Below, one piece after another: positions 12,902-26,439 of a stretch of DNA of 64,000 nt. The notes under the pieces are model-generated. The model saw only the letters and a list, made by a program, of their open reading frames with translations. It made no database searches and was not told where the DNA came from. Both the position numbers and the translations under genes were made by a program. Source of the DNA: Octopus sinensis (lineage: Eukaryota); contig NC_043004.1 in assembly GCF_006345805.1 (NCBI RefSeq), positions 22,010,001-22,074,000 on the forward strand, written 5' to 3'. The number at the start of each line of letters is the position of its first letter. Positions within the stretch are counted from its first letter, which is position 1.

Positions 12902-13326
12902 CGTACTCTCGTCTCTGTACCAATGGTTTATTCTATTTATTTATTTTCTCCTTGTCCTCTCGGCCGTTTACTAATGGTCCAGTCTTGAACCACATTTACT
13001 CATGCCCGTATGTCCACTTTTGTTTGTTCGTTTTAGTAATGTTGTGGTCCCATTTCCAGTAGCTTTCGTTATTGCTGGCGCCGCTGGAATGGATCAACTC
13101 TATTAATGAAGGCGCAAAACTGCGTTTGACCCTCCGGCCATTATAACCAACTCTCATGAGGAGTTGGTTACCTTCTGTGTCATTTTTCCGTTTGTTAGTG
13201 CATTTGTTATATACATATATATAAATACATGCATGCATACATATATACATAAATATATGCATACATACATACTTGCATGTATACATACATGGGATGTCCC
13301 AGTGAAGGCCTCTATAGAAATTTATG

Positions 13327-13670
13327 CACAACATACCTGATATAATGATTTGGGATAGAGAAGAGAAACTGAACAGTTGTGGAAATTAGCTGCCCAGCGC
13401 ATGTAAACAAAGCTGAAGATCAGTGTGAAAGCGAGCACCAACGCTAAACTATTGAGAAATCTGCAGTTACTCTATCCAGGTTACAAGTTCGGGTTTATGC
13501 CTGTAATTATTGAAACCCTGCTATGTGTAACACATTGCCTAACCACCAATCTTGAGAAATTAGGATTCGCAGAACCAGAAAGGAGAAAACTAATCCGAAG
13601 GAAACAGATCCAATCCATCATTGAAACTGTAAAAATCTGTTTAAAAACTTTCCAGAAACTTGTCATTTAA
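13327..13670 (+). mobile_element. 3' relic of an R4/Dong-type non-LTR retrotransposon (restriction-like endonuclease domain)
   Basis: Across two frameshifts: HNIPDIMIWDREEK / TVVEISCPAHVN / KLKISVKAS..LLRNLQLLYPGYKFGFMPVIIETL..VKICLKTFQK. This is the PD..E-x-x-xP pattern of REL endonucleases followed by the ORF end. Confidence 0.7.
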
Positions 13671-13843
13671 ACTAGACTACCTATAACCTGTTGGGATACC
13701 GAGAAACTCTGAGTTTTCCAGCAATGGAGTTTTGTTTCGTGATTTTTATTCTTTTCCGGGTTATTTCGCATCCTTCCAACGAATGTGATATCGAAATCAA
13801 GTGTAAACGGCTCCTTACTCCAGAGAAGGAAAGATGTGGCTTC

Positions 13844-13934
13844 TATTTCTTGCACGCCATGCTACTACGTAACAGGTATTTCCGGTCCTTTATTGCAAAT
13901 AACTGTTACGTGGTAGCAAGGCGTGCTTGAAATA
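13844..13934. repeat. MITE-like hairpin (38-bp imperfect inverted arms)
   Basis: 13844-13881 vs reverse complement of 13897-13934: 33/38 matches by eye. Begins and ends with TA. Confidence 0.7.
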
Positions 13935-14651
13935 GCAGGCAAATCTTTGGCGGTGAGAAACGTTACTCGAAAAACACATATGGAAAAAAAGACTATTTCA
14001 CACTGAATTTATGAAATGTTTACCATATTTTTAAAGTAATTTTCACTTTAGAATATTTTTAAATATGCCAATAATAATTTTGAAATGGTATTCATTTGAA
14101 AATAATTCTAAAAATTTTCACTCTTCGGTGTATATTTAAGTATAAATAAAATTACCCATTTGCATAGAAAAAACATTAAAATATTGTCTCTGTAAATAAA
14201 TTGAAAATACTTACTGTAAGAACGACTTATATTTTTGAAATCACATCCACTTAAAAATATTTCTAAATGAGTAAAATAGTGTATTTAACAAAAACGAAAA
14301 TAGCAACATTTACTGTAAAACTAAAAAATTATATTTTTGTCAACTCACTGTCTACATAAAAGTTTCTTCCCTTTCAAGATGAAGATTTTTTTCGGAGCCC
14401 TTTTCCACCATTCACCGTTTTGAGTATTTATACCCAGAAAATCTCTAATATCTCAATTTACGCGAAACCTGTTTCTTTCCCTTCGTATTAACATTTCAGA
14501 GTAAACTTAATTCATAGTATTTTCCCCTTATTCGCCAGTTTAGTCTGAGTGATATTGCAAGCAAGGAAATATTCAAAATGACTTTTAATCTATTACAGAT
14601 ATATATGAGCATGTCTGGATTTGGAACTATATGCATGAAAGTACATACATA

Positions 14652-14668
14652 AAGCAAAACATACAAAT

Positions 14669-14709
<41 letters not shown>

Positions 14710-14728
14710 CACACACACACACACACAT

Positions 14729-14791
<63 letters not shown>

Positions 14792-14950
14792 CATACATAC
14801 CTACATGCAAACAACGATACCCTGTTGTTAATGTTGAAATTCCATTGAAAGGTCTGGGGATCTATTTTAGAAACCGGTTCTTTTTCTCTATTGGCAAGAT
14901 ATCTTGAAATAAAACTGAATAATGGCATTATATATATATATAATATATAT

Positions 14951-14982
<32 letters not shown>

Positions 14983-15013
14983 GATATGATAGGTAGGTAG
15001 ATACATACATACA

Positions 15014-15076
<63 letters not shown>

Positions 15077-15082
15077 TATCTA

Positions 15083-15154
<72 letters not shown>

Positions 15155-15160
15155 ATATAT
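14652..15160. repeat. Microsatellite cluster (CA)n, (TA)n, (TCTA)n, (TC)n
   Basis: Direct reading. Confidence 0.9.
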
Positions 15161-16385
15161 TATGTTATATATCTCGTCAAAGTACTTAAATTGTAACGAT
15201 GTGTAGAATCAATTGTAGCAATTTAAATCGTTCGGTTCGTTTGCTATTATTCATCTCTCTCACTTCCTCTGTATGTATGCATGTATGTATGTTTGTGTAT
15301 ACAGGTATATATACATATATATACACTTATATACATGTATATATGCATATATGCATGTATACAGAAGAGGGATAGTTGGATAGATTGATAGACACAAACA
15401 TACGCACACTCAAATGCATTTATGACAGTACTCAATAATGTTTAGACTGATATTTCTAATAATAATAATAATAATAATAATAATTTCTATCATATGGACA
15501 AGTCCTGATGTTTTTTGTGGGGGGTCGATATCATCGATAGCAACACACAAATGGTATTTATTGCACTGACCCAGAAAGAATGAAAGGTAAACCCAGCCTC
15601 GATATTATAGAACACAAAATATCAAGTATTGGACAAAACACTCCTATGAGCTAGTATTCGGCGCTCTAGCATGGTCGCAGTCAAATAGCTGAAACAAATA
15701 AAAGAGTATTTGTTTGTGGGTGGGGGTGTATATATATGAGGGTTTGTATTTTATTGTTCCCTTTTGTAGAATTTAGTTATACGAGAATCGATATTAATCG
15801 ACACGATTATCACACGTCCAGCAATGCTGCAGGAAACTGCTATTTTGTGAAAAGAGTTGAGGACTTGTCGTATGTATACAGACACACGTAAAAGCTAAGG
15901 AGGTTTATAAATCGATCAGCACCCGCCTGCTTCGGGTTTAATTCCGCTGAGTGGTAACTTGGGTGATGTAATAGAGATTATGTTTGACCAATTCTTTTTG
16001 CATTAAAATGGTAGCCTGAGTGCGTGTCTCTGTCTCTGTGCTTATATGTGTGTTTGTGTGTGTGTCTGTGTGTGTGAGTGTAAATGTACCTGCCTGTCAC
16101 TGTCTTTTTGCATGGCTTTGTTTTATCTGCTTTTCGCATGGAGCTCACTTGAAAAATCAGTGTCTCTATGTCCCATGACTGTGCAGTGCAACAAATGTTG
16201 TCGATAAATTGATAAACCACTCTTAAGCATAATTAGTGTGATCAATATGATTGGGGAAAAGCATTGAATGTGGGTCTCTAGTAAAGCTGTTGTCCAAATA
16301 ATGAAATTATTATACAAGTGGTACGCACATACACACACACGTGTGTGTGCATATATATATATATATATATACACACATACACATA

Positions 16386-16587
16386 TAGTTAATCCAAACA
16401 TGAACAAAAATGAACAACAACACGATGACGTTGAACAAGTATAGTGTTATTGGACGCTCAGGAAAGGAAAGAAAGGAGGAGGATTTAACGATTCGAGCGC
16501 AGCTCTTCGTCAGAAACATAGAAAAAGGAAAGGCCCAAAGAAGGGAAAACGGAGAAAGAAAATCGCCAACGATACACACGCGGTCAC
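16386..16587 (-). mobile_element. ~200-bp hammerhead-bearing short element (family H2), copy 1
   Basis: Minus strand GTTT-CTGACGA-A-GAGC-TGC-GCTC-GAAT-CGTT-AAAT. Aligns end to end with 26202-26398 and 59535-59737. Confidence 0.75.
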
Positions 16588-17111
16588 ACACACACACACA
16601 TACATACATATATATATATGTATGTATGTATATGCATGTATACACACATATATTCATATCATTTGTGTGCGTGTGTATGTATAAACTATTACATCACAAA
16701 AGTAATACTTACATCATAGAAATACAAATGCTATTTGCTTCCCTTCTTTCCTTTAAGTAAGATTTAACTTGAAATGTCCATATTGTAGATTCGGTGAATT
16801 ATTTGAAATTTAAGAATCTATTCCGATTAAATAGAATTGCACTTCGTTAATTCATTTTATTCAACTCTCTCTTCTCTCTCTCCATCTATCTCTTTCTTTC
16901 TCTCTCTCTCCCTCAACTTTTCTCTCTATCTTTCTATCACTCACATGATCATATTTTCATACTCTTTTACGTGTATAATTATAAAGACATATATATACAT
17001 ACATACAAACATACATACATACATGCATACATACATACACAATGATATATATCTATATATATATATATATACATGCTTATGAGTGTATACACACAGACAC
17101 ACACATATACT

Positions 17112-17146
<35 letters not shown>

Positions 17147-18237
17147 CTGTCGTATTTGCTGGCTTTTTCCCAATGTTATTTATTTGAAGGCATTCTACAA
17201 GAGGACGCTATATGCTACTTATTGCAATTATAGATACATTTTTATGCTCTGGAAGTAAATTCTTCCTGGAAGAGAGATGTCGCAAAGATATGCTCCTGTT
17301 GCTCTTCTTATTATTCACTGTATCTTTCCTGTTTTATTTATTTCACTGCGGATGGTCATCAGTGAATACTGCCACAGATATTCGAGATGAAGAAAAGCAG
17401 CAAGAACAACATGAAGAAAACATATAACAGTGTTACAAGATATTTATTTGGGCAATTGAATCTGTCAAATAATTAATTTCGAGCAAAACGTTATTGATTT
17501 GCTGTTCGTGTTATCTGGAAAAACAAAAAGATAGCAAAGTCGTCGAAATATACCAAAGCAAACAGTCTCTTATTATTTCGTTATTGCTGCTGTCGTTGTT
17601 GTTGTTGTTGTTGCTGTTTTTGTTGTTGTTGTTGTTATGGTGGCTATGTTTCATTGCAGACAAAGTAATGAACTAAGCTTTGCTCATTTCCTAGAATATA
17701 TTTTATTTGCAACAAATACGTTACGGCTGCAAATCTGCTAAAATATGTAGCTTATTTCAGACGATTTTTCCCGATGAATTAAAAACAATAACGATGTGAA
17801 CGACGTTATGCCTGACTGCAAAAATGAAATTAGAAAATGGGTCACGAAAAAAGAAGAGAGAGTGAGAGATATTGGTGAAGTAAAGGATACGTGTAAAAGG
17901 AAATATATCACTATAAATAACTAACTCTAAGGAATAAATTTGGTCTGTAACCTTCAATATAACGGTTGGTAATTTTTTAATTTGTTCCAGCTATCATGCC
18001 CAAGGACAACAGCGGACATTTTTGCTATATAGATATACTGAAAGTAAGATACTGGAATTGTAACCCATTATTCTAGAAATATCTGTAATAATATTTGTAA
18101 TAACATGAGTAATAACAGCATGTAATCTGACCATTTGAGGTTATCTACAGTTCTAGATATCTACAGGTATAGAAGAATTTGAGTAGTTTAAGCCTATATG
18201 TTAACTTTTCTCCGGCTAAAGAGATAAAAATTCTCAT

Positions 18238-18623
18238 ATCCTTTTATTTGCTTCAGTCATTTGACTGCAGCCATGTTGGAACACCGCCTTTAGTCGAACA
18301 AATCGACCCCAGGACTTATTCTTTGTAAACCTAGTACTTATTCTATCTGTTTCTTTTGCCAAACCGCTATGTTATGGGGACATAAGGACACCAACATCGG
18401 TTGTCAGGCGACAGTGGGCGGACAAACATACATATACATACACATACATATATAGATGATGGGCTTCTTTCAGTTTCCGTCTACAAAATCCATTCACTCA
18501 CAAGGCTTTGGTCAGCCCGAGGCTATAGTAGAGGACACTTGCCCAAGGTGCTACTCAGTAGGACTCAACCCAGAACCATTTGGTGAGTAAGCAAGCTTCT
18601 TACCACACAGTTACTCATGCGCC
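18238..18623 (-). mobile_element. tRNA-derived SINE type C, near full length
   Basis: The reverse complement matches 10146-10518 and adds the head GGCGCATGAGTAACTGTGTGGTAAG. Confidence 0.85.
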
Positions 18624-20112
18624 TATATGTATTTTATATAAATATTGAAGAAAAAGACATGTTGTTCAAGACACTTAGAAAGGATAAATGGTATAAAGTC
18701 GTATGCTGTTAGTAAACTAACACAGTATTGTTAAATACAAAATTCATTAACGCTTGATAGGCTACTTCAAACCTCAGTTTTCTACCCAGAATATGCAGCA
18801 TTATGTACCCGAATCATGTCACGATTTTACATGCTCTTTAATTAATAAATTGCCTGCCACTGTTGTTGTGCTTTTACTTCCAAGCGAGACCCAACCTCTT
18901 ATAAGTGTTACATTTATGGGTAACATTCTCCAATGTGCCTTCTCGGGTTTTTTAACATGTTAGAGGATGATTGGAGGATGTTTGTATTGTTGCAGCTAGC
19001 TTCGCTGCCTGATTGGCGATATGACATGCCAGTAGTTATGAGATGAGCATTTTCTTGAATTAATTCAAGTCTTGTCAATTTCTTGAATGGTTTGATGTTT
19101 AGTATATCGTTTAAGATGATAAAATGACACCCTATATGTTCAGAGTTTGGATATTTATCACTTTTCCAATGCTCTAGCTAAGCCTACAAACATTCATATA
19201 GATTAGTTCACTTTGCACAACCAAACCCACATCCAAAACTTACTAGTACACACATACACACGCCATGTTATATATGTGTGCATAGTCAGTTTTATTGAGA
19301 TCAGCATTGTTTTCCTCGAAGGAGAGATCTTCTCAGTCGTATACGATGTTTTTAATTGATGAGGTACCGACGGTTTCTAGGTAAAGGTAACAACCATTAT
19401 GTGGTGTGTAAATTCGTTTCTAAAGTATGTTCAGGTTAGCGGTTTCTTTCTGATTAAAGAATAATGGTGAAGTGTATACACTGCAATGTTTCCAATGTGC
19501 ATAAAAATCATTGTCAGTACACTCGAAGTAGCGCACACACTAAAAAGAAGAAGGTATCCACTTGCAACTATAAATACCTATAACCCTATATAGAGAAGGT
19601 ATTGTTATTATGCGAGACAGTGTTCCATAGATTCAATTAAATCCCTTTCCTTTCGTTTATTAGTTTATAAAATTTGAAAGGTCCATGAAGTTGGAAAAAT
19701 TTTGCCTACAGATGAAGAAAAATTAGTGCATTTTCAATAAGACACCAGGTTATGAACCTTCATCGTTTAACTTTCGCCTTTGAGTTTTTTAGACTTTACC
19801 CATGGTGCGCATACTGTAACATCCTGCCCATGGAACATGAAATATGCACCTTAAAATGGCTCCATTAGCTCTTATCAATATAAATGACCAGTTTTCCTTT
19901 TATTTTTGGATAATTCCTACTTACATATTGAATTTCTATTAGAACTAGAACGTATATTGAATCCACCAGCATCTACTTAATTTTTCCATTTATATGTTGA
20001 TCTGTCTGTCTAAGATACCAGTGTTTGCTATATCTCTCTCCCCCTCTTCCACTCCTTCCTCTCTCTCTCCTTTTTCTCCTCTCTGTTTCTCTCTCTCTCT
20101 CTCCTTTTTCTC

Positions 20113-20145
<33 letters not shown>

Positions 20146-20692
20146 CCATATCTATAAAATTAGAAATTATGACTAGTCATTTATTGATATTTCGAACGTA
20201 TCTAATTTGTACATTTCTAGTGGTTACATAACTAATTCTTACGTAAGAAAACCTGGATCAGCCGATTTCATCAGAAAAACAATTTAGAATTTCACTGCGT
20301 GAATAATATGATTATAATACACTGTTGTAATAGGGGAGGGATCTTAATCTAGAAACAGCGTCCAAAAATCTGGTAGATTGTTCTACATCAAGACGCACTA
20401 CAGAATAAATATATATATATATATATATATACTCACACACACACTCACACATGTTTGTGTGCGCGTGTACACGTGTTTCTGTGTACTCGTGTTTCAGACT
20501 ATATTACATTTTCTTTACAATTTTATTATTCCTAGATTTTCCTTTATATCATCTCTCTCCCTGCCTCCGGCCAACACAAGTAAAATCAATTATTTAGATA
20601 CATTCAAATAGAAACGCATGCAAGCACACACAGACGCACGACGCACACGAATATATATACATATATATATGTGTGTGTGTGTGTGAGTGTGT

Positions 20693-20735
<43 letters not shown>

Positions 20736-21077
20736 AAGCCATCTGATGACAAACTCGTCTAGTAGGCGATTATGTGCAAGCGATTGGTGTTCTGATGCAA
20801 TTTTGTATCTATAACAACCTTCTACTCCAATTTCCTGTTTGGCGCCGGAATATCTAAAGAATGTGTTCATAAGCCCAATGTCTGCGATAAAGACAAATCC
20901 GTCATTACCGCGATTGACAAAACGAACGAAGGCTATGATTCTGTTGTTGTTCGTATTGTTGTATTTAAGCTCCAGCACACTTCTTCTCATGTATTTCTTT
21001 TACAAAACGTTTTCCGGTCACGACAAATCCCCAATCGCTCTGAATTTTATATTTAATGCTACATGATGGTTTCAGAT

Positions 21078-21272
21078 TTTGGCCTGTAATTTCGGGGATA
21101 CGGCAAATTGATTGCAACAATCCCAGGGCTCAGCTGGTACTTATTTTATCAACCCTCAAATTATGACAGACAAAGTCGACCTTGGAGGCATTTGAACTCA
21201 GAACGTAAAGACGGGCGAAATAACTCTATGCACTTTGCTAGGCGTGCTAATGATTCTGCCTACTCGCTGCCC
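21078..21272 (-). mobile_element. Diverged tRNA-derived SINE (type B)
   Basis: Core CAAAGTCGACCTTGGAGGCATTTGAACTCAGAACGTAAAGAC on the + reading, with head relic TGCCTACTCGCTGCC. Confidence 0.75.
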
Positions 21273-21951
21273 TATTTAATGCTATATAATGCGATATGTC
21301 CTTTCTCCTACAAACCTGTATGCTGCTATGTGAGGAAGATTTGGTTAATGTTTCCAGAAGACTGTGCGCACGTTGCTTTTAAGTATTTGTCACTTTGTGT
21401 ACTCAGAGGTAAAATATCAAAGGACATCTCTCCTTCCCATATTAGTTAAATTGGTGCTAACATATGATAACTTGGACAGTTGACGATATATAACTTGTGG
21501 TAAAAAGAAAACATGCCACGAACAGTCGGTGCCCTGCACTGAATGCTTTGAGAAAATTGAATCACATAACAGGCTAGTGAATGAGTAACTACATGTGAAC
21601 TGATTATTTCTTGGAACCACTGGTGGTTCTAAACAATCAGACGCAACTATAGACATTATATACCTTTATAAGAGTGGTTCAAAGAAGAAATTCCACTCAT
21701 GTTTAATCAGTATATTGCCTGAGAAAGAATATTAAGAATCAGTAAAGGAAGTTGAAATATTTTATAATACATTTTGTGATATCAGCGTTTAGGACGACTT
21801 CTTATCGTGATAGGAATAAAAGTTTTGTTCACGAAATATTTTGTCATAGATTTAACTGTAGAGTAATCAAACGTCATCGTTTCTTAAGCAAAACACACAT
21901 ACGTACAACTGCGTTTTAATTAAAACATTAAAATGTTTATGTGAACATGTA

Positions 21952-22338
21952 TTTAGAAGCACTCCGTCGGTTATGACGACGAGGGTTCCGGTTGATCCGA
22001 ATCAACGGAACAGCCTGCTCGTGAAATTAACGTGCAAGTGGCTGAGCACTCCACAGACACGTGTACCCTTAACGTAGTTCTCGGGGATATTCAGCGTGAC
22101 ACAGAGAGTGACAAGGCCGGCCCTATGAAATACAGGTACAACAGAAACAGGAAGTAAGAGTGAGAGAAAGTTGTGGTGAAAGAGTACAGCAGGGATCACC
22201 ACTATCCCCTGCCGGAGCCACGTGGAGCTTTGGGTGTTTTCGCTCAATAAACACTCACAACGCCCGGTCTGGGAATCGAAACCGCGATCCTATGACCGCG
22301 AGTCCGCTGCCCTAACCACTGGGCCATTGCGCCTCCAC
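21952..22338 (-). mobile_element. Full-length young tRNA-derived SINE (type D, tail 1) with 12-bp TSD
   Basis: A-box TGGCCCAGTGG and B-box GGTTTCGATTCC. 3' hairpin GTTCCGGTTGAT-CCGA-ATCAACGGAAC. TSD TGTGAACATGTA at 21940-21951 and 22339-22350. Confidence 0.9.
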
Positions 22339-22571
22339 TGTGAACATGTAACTGTATAAACAAAAACAATGCATCACTGAATGAATAGTAAGCAGTAAAC
22401 AAAGACTTCGTTAAATTTGCAATGGAAACGAGTGATGAGGATCCGTCCATGTAGGCTTTAGATATTCATATGCTGGTAGATGGAAATATATGTATCCGTA
22501 CATGCGTGTGTGTGTGTGTGCGCATATGAGTATGCACAAATAGCTTAACAACCCAAGAAGAATAAAGATAT

Positions 22572-22729
22572 AGGTGCAGCTGTGCCTCTGTGGTAAGGAG
22601 CTTGCTTCCATCCGCAGTTCTGACATCAGCCCCACTGCGGGGCAACTTGGTCAATTGTCTTCGATTGTATCCTCAAGCAGACCAAAGCCTTGTGAATCGA
22701 TTTTATAGACGAAAACCGAAGAAGCCTGT

Positions 22730-22770
<41 letters not shown>

Positions 22771-22777
22771 TATATAT

Positions 22778-22808
<31 letters not shown>

Positions 22809-22998
22809 ATATCTACGTGTGTGTGTTTTTGTGTGATTGTGTTTGTCCTTCACCACCGCTTGACTAGTGTATTTACTTTCTCGTAACTTAGCAGTTCAGT
22901 AAAAGTTAATGATAAAATACATATTAGCCTTTAAAGAATAAGCCGAATGGTCGATTTATTCCACTAAAATGCTGCAAAATGGCGTCTCAGCATGGGCT
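22572..22998 (+). mobile_element. Diverged tRNA-derived SINE type C with (TA)n linker
   Basis: Head GTGGTAAGGAGCTTGCTTCC, body CAAAGCCTTGTGAATCG, tail GATAAAAGAT repeats. Confidence 0.75.
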
Positions 22999-23402
22999 GT
23001 ATAAAAGATAAAAGATTAAAGATATGTAAGTAAATGAAGTAGGGAGATATATATGTCTATACCATTAGGTTGTATAGTGATACATATCTGTAAATATTCT
23101 CTTTTCTCTGTTCCTTCCTCTCTCTCTTTCTCGCTCTTTCTCTCTCCTCGCATACACATACACACACGCCGTTATCTTGTGTTTCCTGTCCATCCCCTTT
23201 TCGGTTGGTTAATTGTTTAATTTCCAATCACTATATCCATCATATACGCTTTCATGTCTCTCGTTCGCTGTCTTGAATTCTGTGACTTCCTATCTTTCTA
23301 ATTTTACCCACTGCATTTCTGTTTTCTTATACATACATACATACATGCATATATATATACATACATATATATATATATACACACATATGTATACATACAT
23401 CT

Positions 23403-23474
<72 letters not shown>

Positions 23475-25274
23475 CACTTACGTATAATTGACTAATGAAA
23501 CAGATCTATTTGGTATTAGTCATTATTCTGTACGGCGATCATTTCGACCCTTGCTGTGGATGTCCTTTACGTGTGGGATGATGTGCATCATATTGTGTTA
23601 CATGAATTTTGCTGTCTGGGTCACGTCAGACACATGCGTACATAAATTGGTATCCCGGTAGAAATATTGAGGACGGGCAGTCAAGTTGGTATTTGCCCGC
23701 TTCGTTAGGGAATAGAGTTTTGCTCCGATTGTCCTACTGTAAAATATTCATAACAAATCATTGTAAATAATTATAAATGTAAACATATAAACTGTAAATT
23801 GTTTTCTTTCTTCTGCTTAAAATTAATTTTCCTAAATCTCCAGTCGATATATTTTTTTTGTGAATGATCGATTGTTGCATACAATGTTCGTCTGAGAAAG
23901 GAAAAGTTTATCTGTTCGTGAATTGCGTGTGAGTGAATCGGTGTGAAAATTGTTTGTGTATGTGTATGTGTGTATGAGTGTGTGCGTGCATGTGTTTGCA
24001 TTTCATTGTGCGTGAGAATTTCTTATCCTTAAATTCATTACGTAAGATGTTTTATTTCAGTTTCTTCATTCTACTTTTTGAATATTAGCTATGAAATGGA
24101 AATGAAAAAATATATTTCGGACAGTTTAGAGTTCACGACAAAAGTTAGGTGTTTAATTTACTTAAAGTACCTAATACATTCTGTAGTGCTAATCGTTCGA
24201 CTATAGCTCTCTGTAATTGTAATTCTTTCACTGTTCCTCACCTGATTCTATCACTGACCTCCCAATTGTCATTTAAGTCTCTCTCTAGTATTGTGACTAT
24301 AAACAAAAACACATTATTAATTCTTATGTTCTACATTTCATTATTAACGTATAGTTATATTTCAGAAGAAATTAATTTTATCACTTGCAAATAATTAGTG
24401 TTTATCTTTATAGCAAATAATATTCAGTGTAAAAGTGTAAAGTATTCAACACTTCTGTATATAAATTTATATTAATTTAGATGTCTTGGTCAGAATTATT
24501 TCTAAACAGTAAAATTTGATAAGAGCCTCATTCATATTTAAGAAATATTTTAGAATGCCATTGACCATTCGTTTTGGCAAAGTCTTCTTGGTCGAAATAT
24601 ATTGGAGCTTTTGGTGGTTCGCCTCATTTTTAAAGGAATTTCCATATAATATTTCAAGACTATCTATTTTTGATTACTTGATATATTTGTGGATAATACT
24701 GAAACGATCAAAATCAATGAACTGAAATGGTTGTTCAACTATCTTAAGTGTACTGTGAATTTAAACTAGGGGAAGGAAATGTTTATTTGTCCAAGCCTTC
24801 GGAGATATTTAAACCGAATCACTTATGACAATGCTGATGGTATACTGTACATGATGCACCACACAACGACATTGTAGGAGGGATGGGCCTCTGAGTACTT
24901 TTAAGCGATCCTAGCAATCAAGGCTTAGAATAGCTTTTAGTTAATTATTTGAGATTTCCAGCCCTCGTTCTTGTCGGCAGTGTCTCATAAGTCTCTGGTG
25001 ATATTAGATAATATATGTGCTATTTTGGGAGGGGAGATCATGAATGCTAAGCTCATCCAAGAGTGAAAAGCTCAATTTAATAGCTTGCTTCGCAAAGAAG
25101 TTTTTATACACGTCCTCCTTTCGATTTGCAGTTTGTAAATCAGAAGTCACTTTTTTTATAATTTGGTAATGTTATAATCGATGACTTTCTGGATAAAAAG
25201 AAGTCAATCATCTGCAAATATTTCTATATTGCAGTGACTTATGACACTTCTTCATAAATTACAAACAAATGTAA

Positions 25275-25420
25275 GCCAAAGACACGATTTGGGGAGTTAC
25301 CATTCATCAAATGTTGCAACTTACCACGAATTCCAACGTTACATCACCGGAACAAAATGTTATGGTGGACCCCGTTGAAGGTCTGACAGGCATCAACAAA
25401 TATAACATATATTGTGATCT
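25275..25420 (-). pseudogene. Old CR1/L2-type reverse-transcriptase fragment
   Basis: Minus frame ITIYVIFVDACQTFNGVHHNILFR*CNVGIRGKLQHLMNG..NR matches the 'VIYLDFSKAFDxVxH..GIRG.L..W' RT segment. Confidence 0.55.
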
Positions 25421-25488
25421 AGCAACAGTGTCAATCTGGACCTGCCGCAATGAAGGCGTTATTATCTCTGTTATTATTATTAGAAGAT

Positions 25489-25710
25489 TAAGGCGGTGAA
25501 GTGGCAGAAACATTAGCACGCCGGGCGAAATGCTTAGCGGCATATCGTCTGTCTTTACGTGCTGAGTACTAATTCCGCCGAGGTCGACTTTGCCTTTCAT
25601 CCTTTCGGGGTCAATAAATTAAGTACCAGTTACGCATTGGGGTCGATGTAATCGACTTAATCTGTTTGTCTGTCCTTGTTTGGCCCCTTGTGGGCAATAA
25701 AGAAATAAGA
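25489..25710 (+). mobile_element. tRNA-derived SINE type A monomer
   Basis: AAGGCGGTGAAGTGGCAGAAACATTAGC head, GAGGTCGACTTTGCCTTTCATCC core, CCCCTTGTGGGCAATAAAGAAATAAGAA tail. Confidence 0.9.
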
Positions 25711-26201
25711 ACTTCGCAACAGAGATCTTGAATATCATTTTTGGCCAAATTAACGGCGTGGAGACAAGCGTTGTTGTGTTAAAGAAGCACGTCATGTAAC
25801 CGAAGGATCGTTTGAAACTTACCCATTATTTATAGAGATTATTATCTCTAGAAACCAATTATATTTCTTTTCACCATCTCAGTTATTTCAATGTTATAAG
25901 TGAGAGATAAAATTGGGTAATATTTTCCAGGAAGCAAAGAAATTACCTGTTAATTTATTTCTCCTTTTTTGAAAATTGAGTTGACAGATGAGAATAGAGA
26001 ATACATATAAACAGCGAAAACCACACACATACACACACACACACATACACACATACGCACATACACGTGCTATTATTACACACACACGGACCTGCGCGCA
26101 CGCATATACTCATACACACGCACACATATCTACTTCCCTTGCACTCTCCTGTCTTAGAAAGAAATTTTTCTTCAACCATTCCCTTCCGGTCATTTGAAAA
26201 T

Positions 26202-26395
26202 ATAACCACGTGTATATCGTTGGCGATTTTCTTCCTTCGACTTCCCTTCCTTTGGATTTTCCTCTATTTCAGAAGAAGAGCTTTGCTCGTAACGTTAATT
26301 CCTCTTTCCTTCCTTCCTGAGCGTCTGATAATACAGTACTTGTACCACGTCCTCGCATTATTATTTTTTCTTGTTTGTTCTTTGTTTGGATTCAT

Positions 26396-26398
<3 letters not shown>
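26202..26398 (+). mobile_element. Family H2 hammerhead-bearing element, copy 2 (more decayed)
   Basis: ATTT-CAGAAGA-A-GAGC-TTT-GCTC-GTAA-CGTT-AATT at 26266-26300. Ends in (TA)n. Confidence 0.7.

Positions 26399-26439
<41 letters not shown>

Noticed and set aside
13413-13440. CTGAAGA-TCAGTGT-GAAA
   Set aside because: No stem II, and it falls inside the REL coding relic.
17335-17365. CTGATGA..GAAA on the minus strand, and a similar CTGAAGA..GAAA at ~28634
   Set aside because: No pairing stems or cleavage triplet geometry.
18900-19110. Possible Tc1 HTH relic on the minus strand (TGMSYRQ)
   Set aside because: Only a few residues match and no TIRs were found.
20735-20990. GC-richer stretch with a 128-aa minus-strand ORF
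   Set aside because: The ORF is partly microsatellite and the rest has no recognisable motif. An exon cannot be excluded but is unsupported.
22260-22338. tRNA-like sequences at SINE heads (also 29191, 36829)
   Set aside because: They continue into SINE bodies, two have TSDs, and they lack a proper acceptor stem, so they are not tRNA genes.
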